Part shown: positions 1 through 9,084 of the stretch, piece after piece
Numbering within the stretch: the stretch's first letter is position 1
Layout of the letters: each line of letters starts with the position of its first letter
Program-made: the position numbers and the translations under genes
Assembly: GCA_030693235.1 (NCBI GenBank)
Contig: JAUYBE010000016.1
Coordinates: 35,917 to 99,916, forward strand
Length of the DNA: 64,000 nt
Direction of reading: 5' to 3'
DNA from: a bacterium
GTDB taxonomy: Bacteria > Patescibacteriota > Minisyncoccia > UBA6257 > UBA9933
The notes under the pieces: model-generated
The model's database searches: none
What the model saw: only the letters and a program-made list of their open reading frames with translations
Told to the model about the DNA's origin: nothing

Positions 1-146
1 GCAATATCTTGGCTGATTTTTTTAACCTTATCCCACCACAACTGATCAGCCGGCAAAATATCATGCATGCCCTTAAGAGACTGGAATAACATCTTCGCTT
101 TCTTTTCTATTTTTATACTCTTTGCGCGCTTGGAGAATTTTGGCAT
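1..146 (-). CDS. hisS: histidyl-tRNA synthetase, N-terminal part (gene continues beyond window start)
   Basis: The minus-strand translation from ATG at 146 reads MPKFSKRAKSIKIEKKAKMLFQSLKGMHDILPADQLWWDKV. The KGMxDxLP motif is the conserved HisRS N-terminal motif. The ORF runs off the window at position 1. Confidence 0.55.
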   Translation of the reverse strand, partial: MPKFSKRAKSIKIEKKAKMLFQSLKGMHDILPADQLWWDKVKKISQDI

Positions 147-220
147 AATCTAAAAATTATCCTAATTAACCTAATTATTCTAATTGACCTAAATAAATCT
201 CAAACCCCAATAACCAAAAT

Positions 221-796
221 TTATTGATTAGAATAATTAGAATAATTTTGGTAACTTGGTTTCTCAAATGCCATAACTTTGTTAAAAGGCCAAAGCCGCA
301 ATCTAACCATACCGACGATTTCGTTTTTAGAGAGACTTCCCCAGCTCCGAGAATCATAACTGTAATTACGATTGTCGCCCAACATAAAATATTCGTTGTC
401 TTTCAAAACAATTTCCTCATTTCCCGAAGTTTTTGTCGTAGAGGGTAAATAATTTTCTCCGATTGCAAAACCTTCCGGATATTCTTTATTAAAAACAACT
501 ATTCCGCCGTTTTTAATCGCCAATTTTTCGCCCGGCAACCCGATAATTCTTTTGATGTAATAAACTCTTTCATCGCCGGGATAGTGGAAAACCGCCACCT
601 CGCCCCTTTGGGGCTCCCGAAAACGATAGCTGATTTCGTCAATTAAAAGATAATCGCCGGAAGAAAAATTCGGCTCCATCGAGGCGCCGCTCACCAAAAA
701 AGGCTGGATTAAAAAATTACGAATAATAAGAACGGCGATTACCGCCACTAAAACAACTTCAAAAATTTCCCAAAGAGAGTAAAGAAAAGATTTCAT
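221..796 (-). CDS. lepB: signal peptidase I
   Basis: N-terminal TM helix, SGASMEP catalytic Ser box, GDNRNYSYDSR box. 191 aa. Confidence 0.9.
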   Translation of the reverse strand: MKSFLYSLWEIFEVVLVAVIAVLIIRNFLIQPFLVSGASMEPNFSSGDYLLIDEISYRFREPQRGEVAVFHYPGDERVYYIKRIIGLPGEKLAIKNGGIVVFNKEYPEGFAIGENYLPSTTKTSGNEEIVLKDNEYFMLGDNRNYSYDSRSWGSLSKNEIVGMVRLRLWPFNKVMAFEKPSYQNYSNYSNQ

Positions 797-837
797 AGAA
801 TTTACGAATATACAAATTTATATTATAATCAAATTTT

Positions 838-1497
838 ATGGAAGTCAAACCCCGCTTTATTATCGGCTTGGGCAACCCCGGCAAAGAATACGAAAAGACA
901 TACCATAGTGTCGGATTTTTGGCTGTTGATTTTTTAATTGCTCTGTCATTGCGAGAAGCAGGTAAAAATGGTCATTGCGAGGAGCGGAGCGACGAAGCAA
1001 TCTTTACGAGATTGCCTCGCCTTCGGCTCGCAATGACTGGGATTGCTTCGCCCCTTTTGGGGGCTCGCAATGACAAAACGTTCGCAACGACGCCCTTACT
1101 AAAAAGCGACACCTATATGAATCAATCCGGAAATTTTGTAAAAGCAACGCTTAAGAAATATAAGGCCAAGCCCGAAGAAATTTTAATCGCCCATGACGAT
1201 TCGGACATTGAACTGGGAAAATATAAAATTTCTTTCGGTCGAGGTTCAGCCGGCCATCGGGGCGTGGAATCCATTATAAAATCACTTGGCACTAAAAATT
1301 TTTGGCGACTCAGAATCGGGATTGGACGGACTACAAACTACAAACAACAAACAACGCAAAAAAAAATAAAAGCTAAAGATTTCGTTTTGAAAAAAATCAG
1401 CAAAAATGATTTAAAAGTTTTTAAGAAAGTTTTTCAAGGTGTCATTGCAAGTGATTTGTCATTGCGAGCCCCTGGAAGAGGCGAAGCAATCTTATAG
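838..1497 (+). CDS. pth: peptidyl-tRNA hydrolase carrying an in-frame palindromic-element insertion
   Basis: GLGNPGKEYEKTYHSVGF N-terminus and the MNQSGNFV motif identify Pth. 219 aa, about 40 aa longer than typical Pth. The extra segment (aa ~36-80) is encoded by repeat 945-1075, and the C-terminal 19 aa are encoded by a second copy of the same repeat. Confidence 0.85.
   Translation: MEVKPRFIIGLGNPGKEYEKTYHSVGFLAVDFLIALSLREAGKNGHCEERSDEAIFTRLPRLRLAMTGIASPLLGARNDKTFATTPLLKSDTYMNQSGNFVKATLKKYKAKPEEILIAHDDSDIELGKYKISFGRGSAGHRGVESIIKSLGTKNFWRLRIGIGRTTNYKQQTTQKKIKAKDFVLKKISKNDLKVFKKVFQGVIASDLSLRAPGRGEAIL
945..1075. repeat. palindromic dispersed element, family 1 (GTCATTGCGAG...GAAGCAATC / GATTGCTTCG...CTCGCAATGAC), copy A, in-frame inside pth
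   Basis: Arms gtcattgcgag (945, 971), gaagcaatc (994), gattgcttcg (1041) and ctcgcaatgac (1027, 1065) are mutual reverse complements. Confidence 0.7.
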
Positions 1498-1575
1498 AGA
1501 TTGCCACGAACGCCTGCGGCGTTCTCGCAACGACACTTCGTGTCGGATTGCTTCGGGCTACGCCCTCGCAATGAC
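1441..1575. repeat. palindromic dispersed element, family 1, copy B (pth 3' end and pth-wbaP spacer)
   Basis: gtcattgcaag/gtcattgcgag (1441, 1458), cgaagcaatc (1482), gattgcttcg (1546), ctcgcaatgac (1565). Confidence 0.65.
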
Positions 1576-2848
1576 AATAATTAATATGACAAAATTTAAA
1601 ACAGCGATAATTATTCTGGGAGACATAACAATACTCTATCTTTCTTTAATTTTGACCCTGATTATCCGTTATGGTCAGGATTCTTTCAAAGAGCCTCTCG
1701 CCGCTCACTTAAAACCATTTTCATTGATTTTCCTCGTCTGGATACTGATTTTTTACCTTTTTGACCTTTATAAAGATAGACAATTCAGGATTAGCTTTGA
1801 AACAATTCGGATACTAATTTTGGCGATTTCCACAAGCGTCATCGCTTCGGTTATTTTCTTCTATCTTTTCCCATCGCTTTTCAAACTCACGCCTAAAACC
1901 AATCTGGCGATTTTCGCCTTAATTTTCGGCATTTCAGACATTCTTTGGCGATTTATCCTGATTAAAATCTATGTTTCCGGCGGCTTTAAAAACCGACTGC
2001 AAATTATCGGCGATTCGCCGATAATCAATGAAATTGTCGATTATTTGAAAAACAATCCCCAACTCGGCTATGACCTCAAAAATAATCAAGCGGACACCAT
2101 TGTTATTCAATCGCATCTCAAAAAAAATCCGGAATTCATCAAAACGATCTATCAATTGCTTCCGAAAAAAATCGCTGTGATTGACTTAATAACGTTTTAC
2201 GAAACTATTTTTCAAAAAGTGCCACTGGAAGAGCTTGAAGAGGGTTGGTTTATTGAAAAAATAACCACTTATCGAAATTTTTACGACGCCGCCAAAAGAA
2301 CAATCGATTTCTGTTTGGCGCTGTTTTTAAATATTATTTTTCTGCCGCTAATCCTTATTATCGCTCTTCTGATAAAATCAACTTCCAAGGGGCCTATAAT
2401 TTTCAAACAAGAAAGAACCGGCGTCGATAACAAACCTTTTATCCTTTTTAAATTCAGAACTATGAAAATCAACGAGCCCGGCCCTCTTTGGACCGATAAA
2501 AACGACAAACGCCTGACTCGAATAGGCAAAATCCTCCGCTACACTCATCTGGATGAACTCCCTCAAGTGTATAACATTTTTAAAGGAGAAATGTCTTTTA
2601 TCGGACCACGGGCGGAAAGAAAAGAACTGACCGAGCTTTACAGTCAAATCCCCTATTATGAAATCCGCCACATCATAAAACCGGGTCTTACCGGCTGGGC
2701 GCAAGTCAATTACAAGCCCAGCGCCTCGGTTAAAGAAGCGGCTGAAAAACTGCAGTATGACATTTATTACATCAAAAACCGCTCGCTGATTCTTGATTTT
2801 CTAATTCTTCTTAAAACTATTAAATATCTATTCGTATCGTTAAAATGA
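1571..2848 (+). CDS. undecaprenyl-phosphate sugar phosphotransferase (WbaP/WcaJ-like initiating transferase, bacterial sugar transferase domain)
   Basis: C-terminal domain KGPIIFKQERTGVDNKPFILFKFRTM...DELPQVYNIFKGEMSFIGPRAERKE...PGLTGWAQV with N-terminal TM helices. The tracked ORF starts at 1439 inside repeat B. The likely true start is ATG 1571 (MTIINMTKFK). Confidence 0.8.
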   Translation: MTIINMTKFKTAIIILGDITILYLSLILTLIIRYGQDSFKEPLAAHLKPFSLIFLVWILIFYLFDLYKDRQFRISFETIRILILAISTSVIASVIFFYLFPSLFKLTPKTNLAIFALIFGISDILWRFILIKIYVSGGFKNRLQIIGDSPIINEIVDYLKNNPQLGYDLKNNQADTIVIQSHLKKNPEFIKTIYQLLPKKIAVIDLITFYETIFQKVPLEELEEGWFIEKITTYRNFYDAAKRTIDFCLALFLNIIFLPLILIIALLIKSTSKGPIIFKQERTGVDNKPFILFKFRTMKINEPGPLWTDKNDKRLTRIGKILRYTHLDELPQVYNIFKGEMSFIGPRAERKELTELYSQIPYYEIRHIIKPGLTGWAQVNYKPSASVKEAAEKLQYDIYYIKNRSLILDFLILLKTIKYLFVSLK

Positions 2849-4314
2849 TCACCCGCTTAAAAGAACTGCTTTTCCAAAACCGCGGCGCTAAACAAACAAT
2901 CGTAAAAAATGTTTTTTGGCTAAGCGTCGGACAAATTGGGAGCCGCCTGATAAGAGCGGCTATTATAATTTACGCGGCGCGGATTTTAGGCGCGGCTGAA
3001 TACGGAATTTTTTCCTATATTATAGGATTAGCGGGGTTTTTCACGATTTTCGCGGACCTGGGCATAAGCCCGCTAATGACGCGCGAAATCGCCAGCCACC
3101 CGGAAAAACGTTCAATCTATTTTGCCAACGCTCTGCGGATCAAAGCCGTCTTAATTTCCATTACCGCCGCCTTGATTGTTTTTGTCGCCCCGAAATTTTC
3201 AAACATTGAAGAAGCGATTGCTTTACTGCCATTTGTCGCTCTGCTTGTTATTTTTGATAATTTACGGGATTTTATTTTCGCTTATTTCCGAGGAATTGAA
3301 AAGATGGAACGAGAAGCTTTTCTGACGGTGATTATGAACGCGACAATCGCTTTAACCGGTTTTATAATTTTGTATTTCTATAAAACCACCGGCGCTTTGC
3401 TGTTTTCATATATCGCCAGCGTGGCCATTTTAAGCATTGTCTCTTTTTATTTCATTAAAGATTTAATCAAGGGCATATTTAAAAATTTTGACAAAATGAT
3501 TTTTAAACAATTCATCCGCGATTGCTGGCCATTAGCTTTTACGGGATTATTCGGAATTTTTATGCTGAATATTGATATTGTAATGCTCGGCTGGTGGCGG
3601 ACGCCGGAAGAAATCGGCTATTATTCAGCCAGCCAGCGCATTGTCCAGATACTTTATACCTTACCGGCAATACTCGCCGGCGCGGCCTTTCCGGCGATGA
3701 CGCGTTTTATCAAACAAAACGAATTGATCCGAGCGCGTAATTTAAACGAAAAATCAATGACTTTTTTATATCTTATCGCCGTTCCTTTGGCGATTGGAGG
3801 AGTTATTTTAAGCAGTCCTCTTATAGAATTTATTTTCGGAAAAGCGTATTTACCGGCGGCCATATCGTTTCAAATATTAATTACTACCGTACTTATACAA
3901 TTCCCGGGCGCCATTTTCAGCAATTTAATAATGGCGCACAATCAACAAAAAAAATTCATTAAATATGTGGCTATCGGCTCATTTAGTAATGTGTTTTTCA
4001 ACACTTTGCTTATCCCTTTGTATGGCATTAGCGGCTCGGCAATCGCCACTCTTATTTCACAATTTGCTTATTTTGCGCCGGTTTGGGTTAAAATAAAACA
4101 AATTAGCGACTTTAAAACTATTCGCCACTTAAAAAAAATAATCGTTGCCGGAGTTGTTATGGGAATATTCGGATATTTCTTGAACCGCTTTTTCGGATTG
4201 AACGTCCTTATTAACATAATTCTCTCCGCCATAATTTATTTCGGAATTCTTTATTTACTCAAAGAAAATATTTTAGAAGAATTAAAATCGCTTTTATCAA
4301 GAGCCAAAAAATAA
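2845..4314 (+). CDS. polysaccharide biosynthesis protein, Wzx-type flippase (MOP superfamily)
   Basis: 489 aa polytopic membrane protein. N-terminus KNVFWLSVGQIGSRLIRAAIIIYAARILGAAEYG is typical of Wzx/RfbX. 4-nt overlap with the upstream transferase. Confidence 0.7.
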   Translation: MITRLKELLFQNRGAKQTIVKNVFWLSVGQIGSRLIRAAIIIYAARILGAAEYGIFSYIIGLAGFFTIFADLGISPLMTREIASHPEKRSIYFANALRIKAVLISITAALIVFVAPKFSNIEEAIALLPFVALLVIFDNLRDFIFAYFRGIEKMEREAFLTVIMNATIALTGFIILYFYKTTGALLFSYIASVAILSIVSFYFIKDLIKGIFKNFDKMIFKQFIRDCWPLAFTGLFGIFMLNIDIVMLGWWRTPEEIGYYSASQRIVQILYTLPAILAGAAFPAMTRFIKQNELIRARNLNEKSMTFLYLIAVPLAIGGVILSSPLIEFIFGKAYLPAAISFQILITTVLIQFPGAIFSNLIMAHNQQKKFIKYVAIGSFSNVFFNTLLIPLYGISGSAIATLISQFAYFAPVWVKIKQISDFKTIRHLKKIIVAGVVMGIFGYFLNRFFGLNVLINIILSAIIYFGILYLLKENILEELKSLLSRAKK

Positions 4315-5526
4315 CTTTTCTAATTTATTCAAAATCACGTCAACGGCTAAATTTTCAGAAGCATATTTAAAGCCGTTTTCTCCTATTTCTTTTAATCTAT
4401 CTTTCTCCGCGTAAATCTTGCGCGTTATTTTCTCGGCTTCTTCTAAATCATCTGACTTTACGGCATATCCGCATCCCACTTCATTTAATACGGCGAATCC
4501 ATCGCTTTCTTTATTTAAAAAAGCGATAATCGGCTTACCGGCCGCCATATACCCTAAAATTTTCCCCGGCACGAAAGATGTCTTGTTTTTGCTATTTAAA
4601 CAAACCATACCGACATCACTGTCTTTGACCAAATAAGGGTACTCCTCTTTTGAAACAAATGGCTTAATAACGATATTTTTAAGCGAATGTTTATTTATAA
4701 ATTCTTCAATTTTCGGCTTTTCGCTCCCGTCGCCGACCAATAAAAACACCAAATCCTTTAAATCCGCGACTTTTTGCGCAACTTCGCAAACAAATTCCAA
4801 ACCCTGAGCCGGCCCCATAATGCCGCCGAAAAGAATTATAAACTTGCTTTCTAATCCGTATTTTTTCCTAAAAGAAATATCTTTTGTTAAATTTTTGAAC
4901 GGTTCAATGTCAATCCAATTATGCAAAGTAACGATTTTTTCTTCGGGAACGCCTTTTTTCTCAATTAAAAATTTGCGGCCGCCTTCGGAATGAAAAGTGA
5001 TTTTGTCCGCTTCTTTGTAAACTTTTTTCTCTATCCGCTCGAAAAGCCAAACAGCCGGCTTATGTTTCCATCCCTTAAGCACCCCCAAATCAATGGCGTT
5101 CTGAGGAAAAATATCTTGAATGTTTAAAATGAATTTTGCGCCATAATAACGCTTAATCATTCCGCCGACCAAAGCCAATGGCAAGGGAGGACTATAGACA
5201 ATCACAACGTCCAGCTTTTCTCGAATATATTTTTTTATTTTAAAAAAAAACAAAAAAGGCAGAAAAAGCTGCGAAACGCCTCTGATGATAAAATTTACCT
5301 TTTTTAAAGGAAGCGTCTTAATTCTGATTATTTTAATGCCGGCCTCGTCGGAAAACAATTCAAATTTCTGGCCTTCCAACTCTTTCGGCAAATAATATTT
5401 TGGATAAGCAGTGGCGACCAAAATATTATGGCCGCGCTTTTTAAGGCCTTCGGCAAGCTCCTTCATTAAATTAGCGGCCGAAGAAACTTCCGGAGGATAA
5501 ACATCGGCGACAACAAGAATATTCAT
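4297..5526 (-). CDS. glycosyltransferase family 4 (GT-B, Glycos_transf_1)
   Basis: VFLLVGDGSEKPKIEEF...GKILGYMAAGKPIIAF, the typical GT4 C-terminal domain. Confidence 0.8.
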   Translation of the reverse strand: MNILVVADVYPPEVSSAANLMKELAEGLKKRGHNILVATAYPKYYLPKELEGQKFELFSDEAGIKIIRIKTLPLKKVNFIIRGVSQLFLPFLFFFKIKKYIREKLDVVIVYSPPLPLALVGGMIKRYYGAKFILNIQDIFPQNAIDLGVLKGWKHKPAVWLFERIEKKVYKEADKITFHSEGGRKFLIEKKGVPEEKIVTLHNWIDIEPFKNLTKDISFRKKYGLESKFIILFGGIMGPAQGLEFVCEVAQKVADLKDLVFLLVGDGSEKPKIEEFINKHSLKNIVIKPFVSKEEYPYLVKDSDVGMVCLNSKNKTSFVPGKILGYMAAGKPIIAFLNKESDGFAVLNEVGCGYAVKSDDLEEAEKITRKIYAEKDRLKEIGENGFKYASENLAVDVILNKLEKLFFGS

Positions 5527-6656
5527 TCGCGTCTTTTTTGAATAATTTTAGTTAAACCGACAATCAGCCGCAAAACCTTGCCGGAAACATTAGTATCGCG
5601 ATAATTTCTTGGCACATTGAATTTTTCGCCTGCTTTTAATTGTTTAGTTGTGATTTCAATTGCTTGTAAAATAATATTTTTATCCAAGCCCGACAAAATT
5701 AAAACTCCTTCATCAAACGCTTCGGGCCGTTCCGAACTTTCCCTTACCTGAACTGCCGGAAAACCTATAAGCGACGATTCTTCCTGAATCGTGCCGCTAT
5801 CGGACAAAACACAAAAAGCGTTTTTCTGCAAACTAACATAATCGAAATATCCGAATGGTTTATGAAAATTTATCAATTTATTCGCTTTAAACCCATATTC
5901 TTTTAATCTGCCGGCGGTTCTCGGATGAGTGCTTACCATAATCGGCATTTTATAAGTTTCCGCCACGGCATTTAATGAATTAATAAGTTTTTCCAAAGAT
6001 TCTTTTGCGTCCACGTTTTCTTCCCTGTGGATGCTAGCCACAAAATATTTTCCCTTGATTAATTTCAATTCATTCAAAATTTTTGATTTATCAATGTCTT
6101 TTTCATAGTAATCTAAAACTTCAGCCATTGGCGAACCGGTAACATAAATTGTTCCCGGATGAATACCTTCACGAATCAAATATATCCGGGCATTTTCGCT
6201 GTAGGGCAAATTTATATCGCTTATGTGGTCAACAATGCGGCGGTTTATTTCTTCCGGAACATTCTCGTCAAAACATCTGTTGCCGGCTTCCATATGGAAT
6301 ATCGGTATTTTCATTCTTTTAGCGATAATCGCCGAAAGAGCGCTGTTTGTATCTCCCAAAATCAAAATCGCGTCCGGCATTTCTTTTTGCAAAACTTCTT
6401 CGCTTTTTGAAATTATGTTGGCAATCTGGCCTCCCAAAGTTTCGGATTTCACTTCTAGAAAATAATCCGGCTTACGGATTTTTAGATTTTCAAAAAAAAC
6501 TTTATTTAATTCATAATCGTAGCTCTGCCCCGTATGGACCATAATATGATTTACATATTGGTCCAACTTCGCCAAAATCCGCGAAAGCCGAATAATTTCC
6601 GGCCGCGTGCCGAAAATCGTCATTATTTTCAATTTATTTATTTTATTGTTTTTCAT
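5523..6656 (-). CDS. UDP-N-acetylglucosamine 2-epimerase, non-hydrolysing (WecB/FnlC/CapG-like)
   Basis: FGTRPEIIRL, HTGQSYDYELNKVFFE, ILGDTNSALSAIIAKRMKIPIFHMEAGNRCFD, YVTGSPMAEVL. Confidence 0.85.
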   Translation of the reverse strand: MKNNKINKLKIMTIFGTRPEIIRLSRILAKLDQYVNHIMVHTGQSYDYELNKVFFENLKIRKPDYFLEVKSETLGGQIANIISKSEEVLQKEMPDAILILGDTNSALSAIIAKRMKIPIFHMEAGNRCFDENVPEEINRRIVDHISDINLPYSENARIYLIREGIHPGTIYVTGSPMAEVLDYYEKDIDKSKILNELKLIKGKYFVASIHREENVDAKESLEKLINSLNAVAETYKMPIMVSTHPRTAGRLKEYGFKANKLINFHKPFGYFDYVSLQKNAFCVLSDSGTIQEESSLIGFPAVQVRESSERPEAFDEGVLILSGLDKNIILQAIEITTKQLKAGEKFNVPRNYRDTNVSGKVLRLIVGLTKIIQKRRE

Positions 6657-6658
6657 AT

Positions 6659-7054
6659 TTAAACCTCTTCAAAAAATGTATCAGGATCGTTTAGATTATA
6701 AATTTCGCTAATCCAAATTAAAAGCTTCATTTCTATATCGCCGATGTTTTGAATATTATGCGTCCAATTTAATTTCATTTCAACCAATTCCGGCGCGTTG
6801 CCGGAAACGATTTTTTCTTCAATTTCATTCGTCTCGCGGTTTCTTTGGCGAATTTTCGCTTCGCCTTCAATCACGCAAAAAATCTCTTTCTTTCTTATAT
6901 GATAATGATTCCCTCTGACTACTCCGGGTTTTGTTGTTGAATAAGAAACCTGACCAAACCCAGGTATTTTAAACACTTCAATGAAACTTCCTCTTTCGTC
7001 GCTTTTTATTTCCAATTTTTTATTTTCCATTTTTATATGACAAATCCCACACAT
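6659..7054 (-). CDS. cupin-domain protein resembling the C-terminal domain of CapF/FnlB
   Basis: ERGSFIEVFKIPGFGQVSYSTTKPGVVRGNHYHIRKKEIFCVIEGEAKI is a cupin fold with His ligands. It lies 15 nt downstream of the SDR ORF in the same operon. Confidence 0.55.
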   Translation of the reverse strand: MCGICHIKMENKKLEIKSDERGSFIEVFKIPGFGQVSYSTTKPGVVRGNHYHIRKKEIFCVIEGEAKIRQRNRETNEIEEKIVSGNAPELVEMKLNWTHNIQNIGDIEMKLLIWISEIYNLNDPDTFFEEV

Positions 7055-7069
7055 AATTTGCGATATAAA

Positions 7070-7801
7070 TTATGTATGGGATAAATAAGTTTTGTACAAG
7101 TCTTTATGAAACTTTGATTTTAATTTCGGTTTATTTTTAAAACTTTGCATAAGTTTTGCTAAATTACCGACAGAAATTTCATTTTTTAAATTAACTCTTT
7201 TAAAATAAAAAGGATTTTTTCTATATTTCTTTATCTCTTCTATAATAATTTCTATGACATCGCCGACATAAATAAGATTAATTTTTTTATTTCTGCTTTC
7301 CGGATTTATTGTCAATTCTTTATTATTGGCGATTTGATGACAAAAAGTAGCGACAACGGAATTATAAAACGGTTTACAGCCCTCGCCAAAAACATTGGTT
7401 AATCTGAAAATCGCAACCGGTATTTTAGTCCGCCTAGAAAAATCCTCAAGCATTATTTCCGCCAGCCGTTTACTTTTGCCATAAAGCGTATCTGTTTCCG
7501 CCTGAATTGAAGACAAGAAAATCAGCTTTGCCCGACTCTTGTGTTTTTCCATCGCCGAAATCAAATTATAAGTCCCGACTACGCTTCCGGCGACAACTTC
7601 GATATCGGTTCCCCTGTTAATTGCCGCCGCATGAATTATTACGTTTTTATCTTTAACAAATTCCTTTAACGAATCCTCCTTTAAAATATCACAATCGGGC
7701 ATGTCGCAGCAAAACACCTTTATATTTTTTTTGTTTTTAAAAGTCTCTACTAAATGTTTTCCGATAAATCCGCGACCGCCTGTAATGCCAGTTTTAATCA
7801 T
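7070..7801 (-). CDS. NAD-dependent SDR reductase resembling the N-terminal domain of CapF/FnlB (UDP-2-acetamido-2,6-dideoxy-hexulose reductase)
   Basis: GITGGRGFIGKHL Rossmann motif, YGKSK active-site motif, 243 aa. Confidence 0.6.
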   Translation of the reverse strand: MIKTGITGGRGFIGKHLVETFKNKKNIKVFCCDMPDCDILKEDSLKEFVKDKNVIIHAAAINRGTDIEVVAGSVVGTYNLISAMEKHKSRAKLIFLSSIQAETDTLYGKSKRLAEIMLEDFSRRTKIPVAIFRLTNVFGEGCKPFYNSVVATFCHQIANNKELTINPESRNKKINLIYVGDVIEIIIEEIKKYRKNPFYFKRVNLKNEISVGNLAKLMQSFKNKPKLKSKFHKDLYKTYLSHT

Positions 7802-7802
7802 T

Positions 7803-8837
7803 TTATCGTTTAAAATTTTTCAATTCCTCTTTTATTTCGTCAAGCGAAAGAAGCAACTCTTTTGTTTCGTCATTGGATAATCTTTTGGTATTAGCCGAAG
7901 TATAACCTTCGTGCGGCAAATGATTATTTTTCTGCCCCTTAGAATAATAATTTTTATAGTCCATTTCCGGAACTTCCGGCATTATTTTATAATAATCGCC
8001 GCAATCTTCTGCTCGAAAAGTTTCCTCGCTGGAAATCAAAGTTTCATGCATTTTTTCGCCCGGTCGGATGCCGATTTCTTGAATTCCTTTATTATAATTA
8101 AAAATTTCCACTAAAACTTCGGCCAAATCGCCGACAGTGGCGGCAGGCGCCTTTCTGACATAAATTTCTCCGTCTTTACCGTTGAGCATCACGTATAAAA
8201 CCAAATCCACGGAATGAGCTAATGGCATCATAAAGCGAGTCATATTTTTGTCAGTAATCGTCAATGGCTTGCCGGCTTTCATTAAATCAATAAAATAAGG
8301 AATAACTGAGCCGCGAGTATACATCACATTGCCGTAACGCGTGCCGCACAAAACCGTCTTCCCTCTTTTCTCCCGGGAAATAGCAATCATTATTCTTTCC
8401 ATCAACGCCTTTGTCATCCCCATAACGTTTATCGGATAAACCGCCTTGTCCGTGCTTAAAACCACAACTCGCTCTACGCCGCGCTGAATCGCCGCGTCAA
8501 TGACATTATGAGCGCCCAAGCTATTGGTTTTAATCGCTTCCAAAGGAAAAAATTCGCAATTCGGCACCTGTTTAAGAGCGGCCGCGTGAAAAACATAATC
8601 AACGCCGTACATAGCGTGAAAAATAGCATCTCTATCCCGAACATCGCCAATAACAAATCTTAGCCTGTCATCATTGTATTTATTCCCCATATCAAACTGT
8701 TTTTTCTCGTCACGGCTGAAAATAATGATTTTTTTGGGATTATACTGCAACAATTTATCAACCACCGCATTGCCAAAAGAACCCGTGCCACCAGTTATTA
8801 AAATCGTTTTATTTTCTATGGCGTTTTTATAACCCAT
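7803..8837 (-). CDS. UDP-N-acetylglucosamine 4,6-dehydratase/5-epimerase (FnlA/CapE/WbjB family)
   Basis: KTILITGGTGSFGNAVVDKLL...IIIFSRDEKKQ...HAAALKQVP...MGMTKALMERIM, the classic polysaccharide biosynthesis CapD/FnlA pattern. Confidence 0.85.
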   Translation of the reverse strand: MGYKNAIENKTILITGGTGSFGNAVVDKLLQYNPKKIIIFSRDEKKQFDMGNKYNDDRLRFVIGDVRDRDAIFHAMYGVDYVFHAAALKQVPNCEFFPLEAIKTNSLGAHNVIDAAIQRGVERVVVLSTDKAVYPINVMGMTKALMERIMIAISREKRGKTVLCGTRYGNVMYTRGSVIPYFIDLMKAGKPLTITDKNMTRFMMPLAHSVDLVLYVMLNGKDGEIYVRKAPAATVGDLAEVLVEIFNYNKGIQEIGIRPGEKMHETLISSEETFRAEDCGDYYKIMPEVPEMDYKNYYSKGQKNNHLPHEGYTSANTKRLSNDETKELLLSLDEIKEELKNFKR

Positions 8838-8867
8838 ATCTTTATTATATCCGATTATAATTTTATA

Positions 8868-8960
8868 TCAATTTCCGCGAGATTTGGTTTTCGTTTCATA
8901 AATTTTCGCGTCCACCAAAAACCTATACCAAAAACCTTGCAAAAAGTTGTTTTTTTTTAT
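8868..8960 (-). pseudogene. remnant of a GT2 glycosyltransferase C-terminus (paralog of the 12817-13707 C-terminus)
   Basis: The minus-strand frame reads FLQGFWYRFLVDAKIYETKTKSRGN-stop, against the intact GT2 C-terminus HFLQGCWYRFLVDAKLYEAKNKSKQ. There is no start codon. An upstream T9/A9 homopolymer lies at 8950-8958. Confidence 0.4.
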
Positions 8961-9084
8961 CAATGAATTTCATAAAATTTGACTTTGAATGGTTGGCTGT
9001 TTCTCAATTTTATGCAACGCTTACAGATTTGCAGAAATAATTCCATCAGAGCCCAAATTCAGGATAATCAATCAATTTTAATAC

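Noticed and set aside
1439-1570. N-terminal 44 aa of the tracked ORF 1439-2848 (MSLQVICHCEPLEEAKQSYRDCHERLRRSRNDTSCRIASGYALA)
   Set aside because: This stretch is encoded entirely by family-1 palindromic element copy B and overlaps the pth 3' end. The conserved sugar-transferase protein most plausibly starts at ATG 1571. The upstream extension is a repeat-generated open frame.
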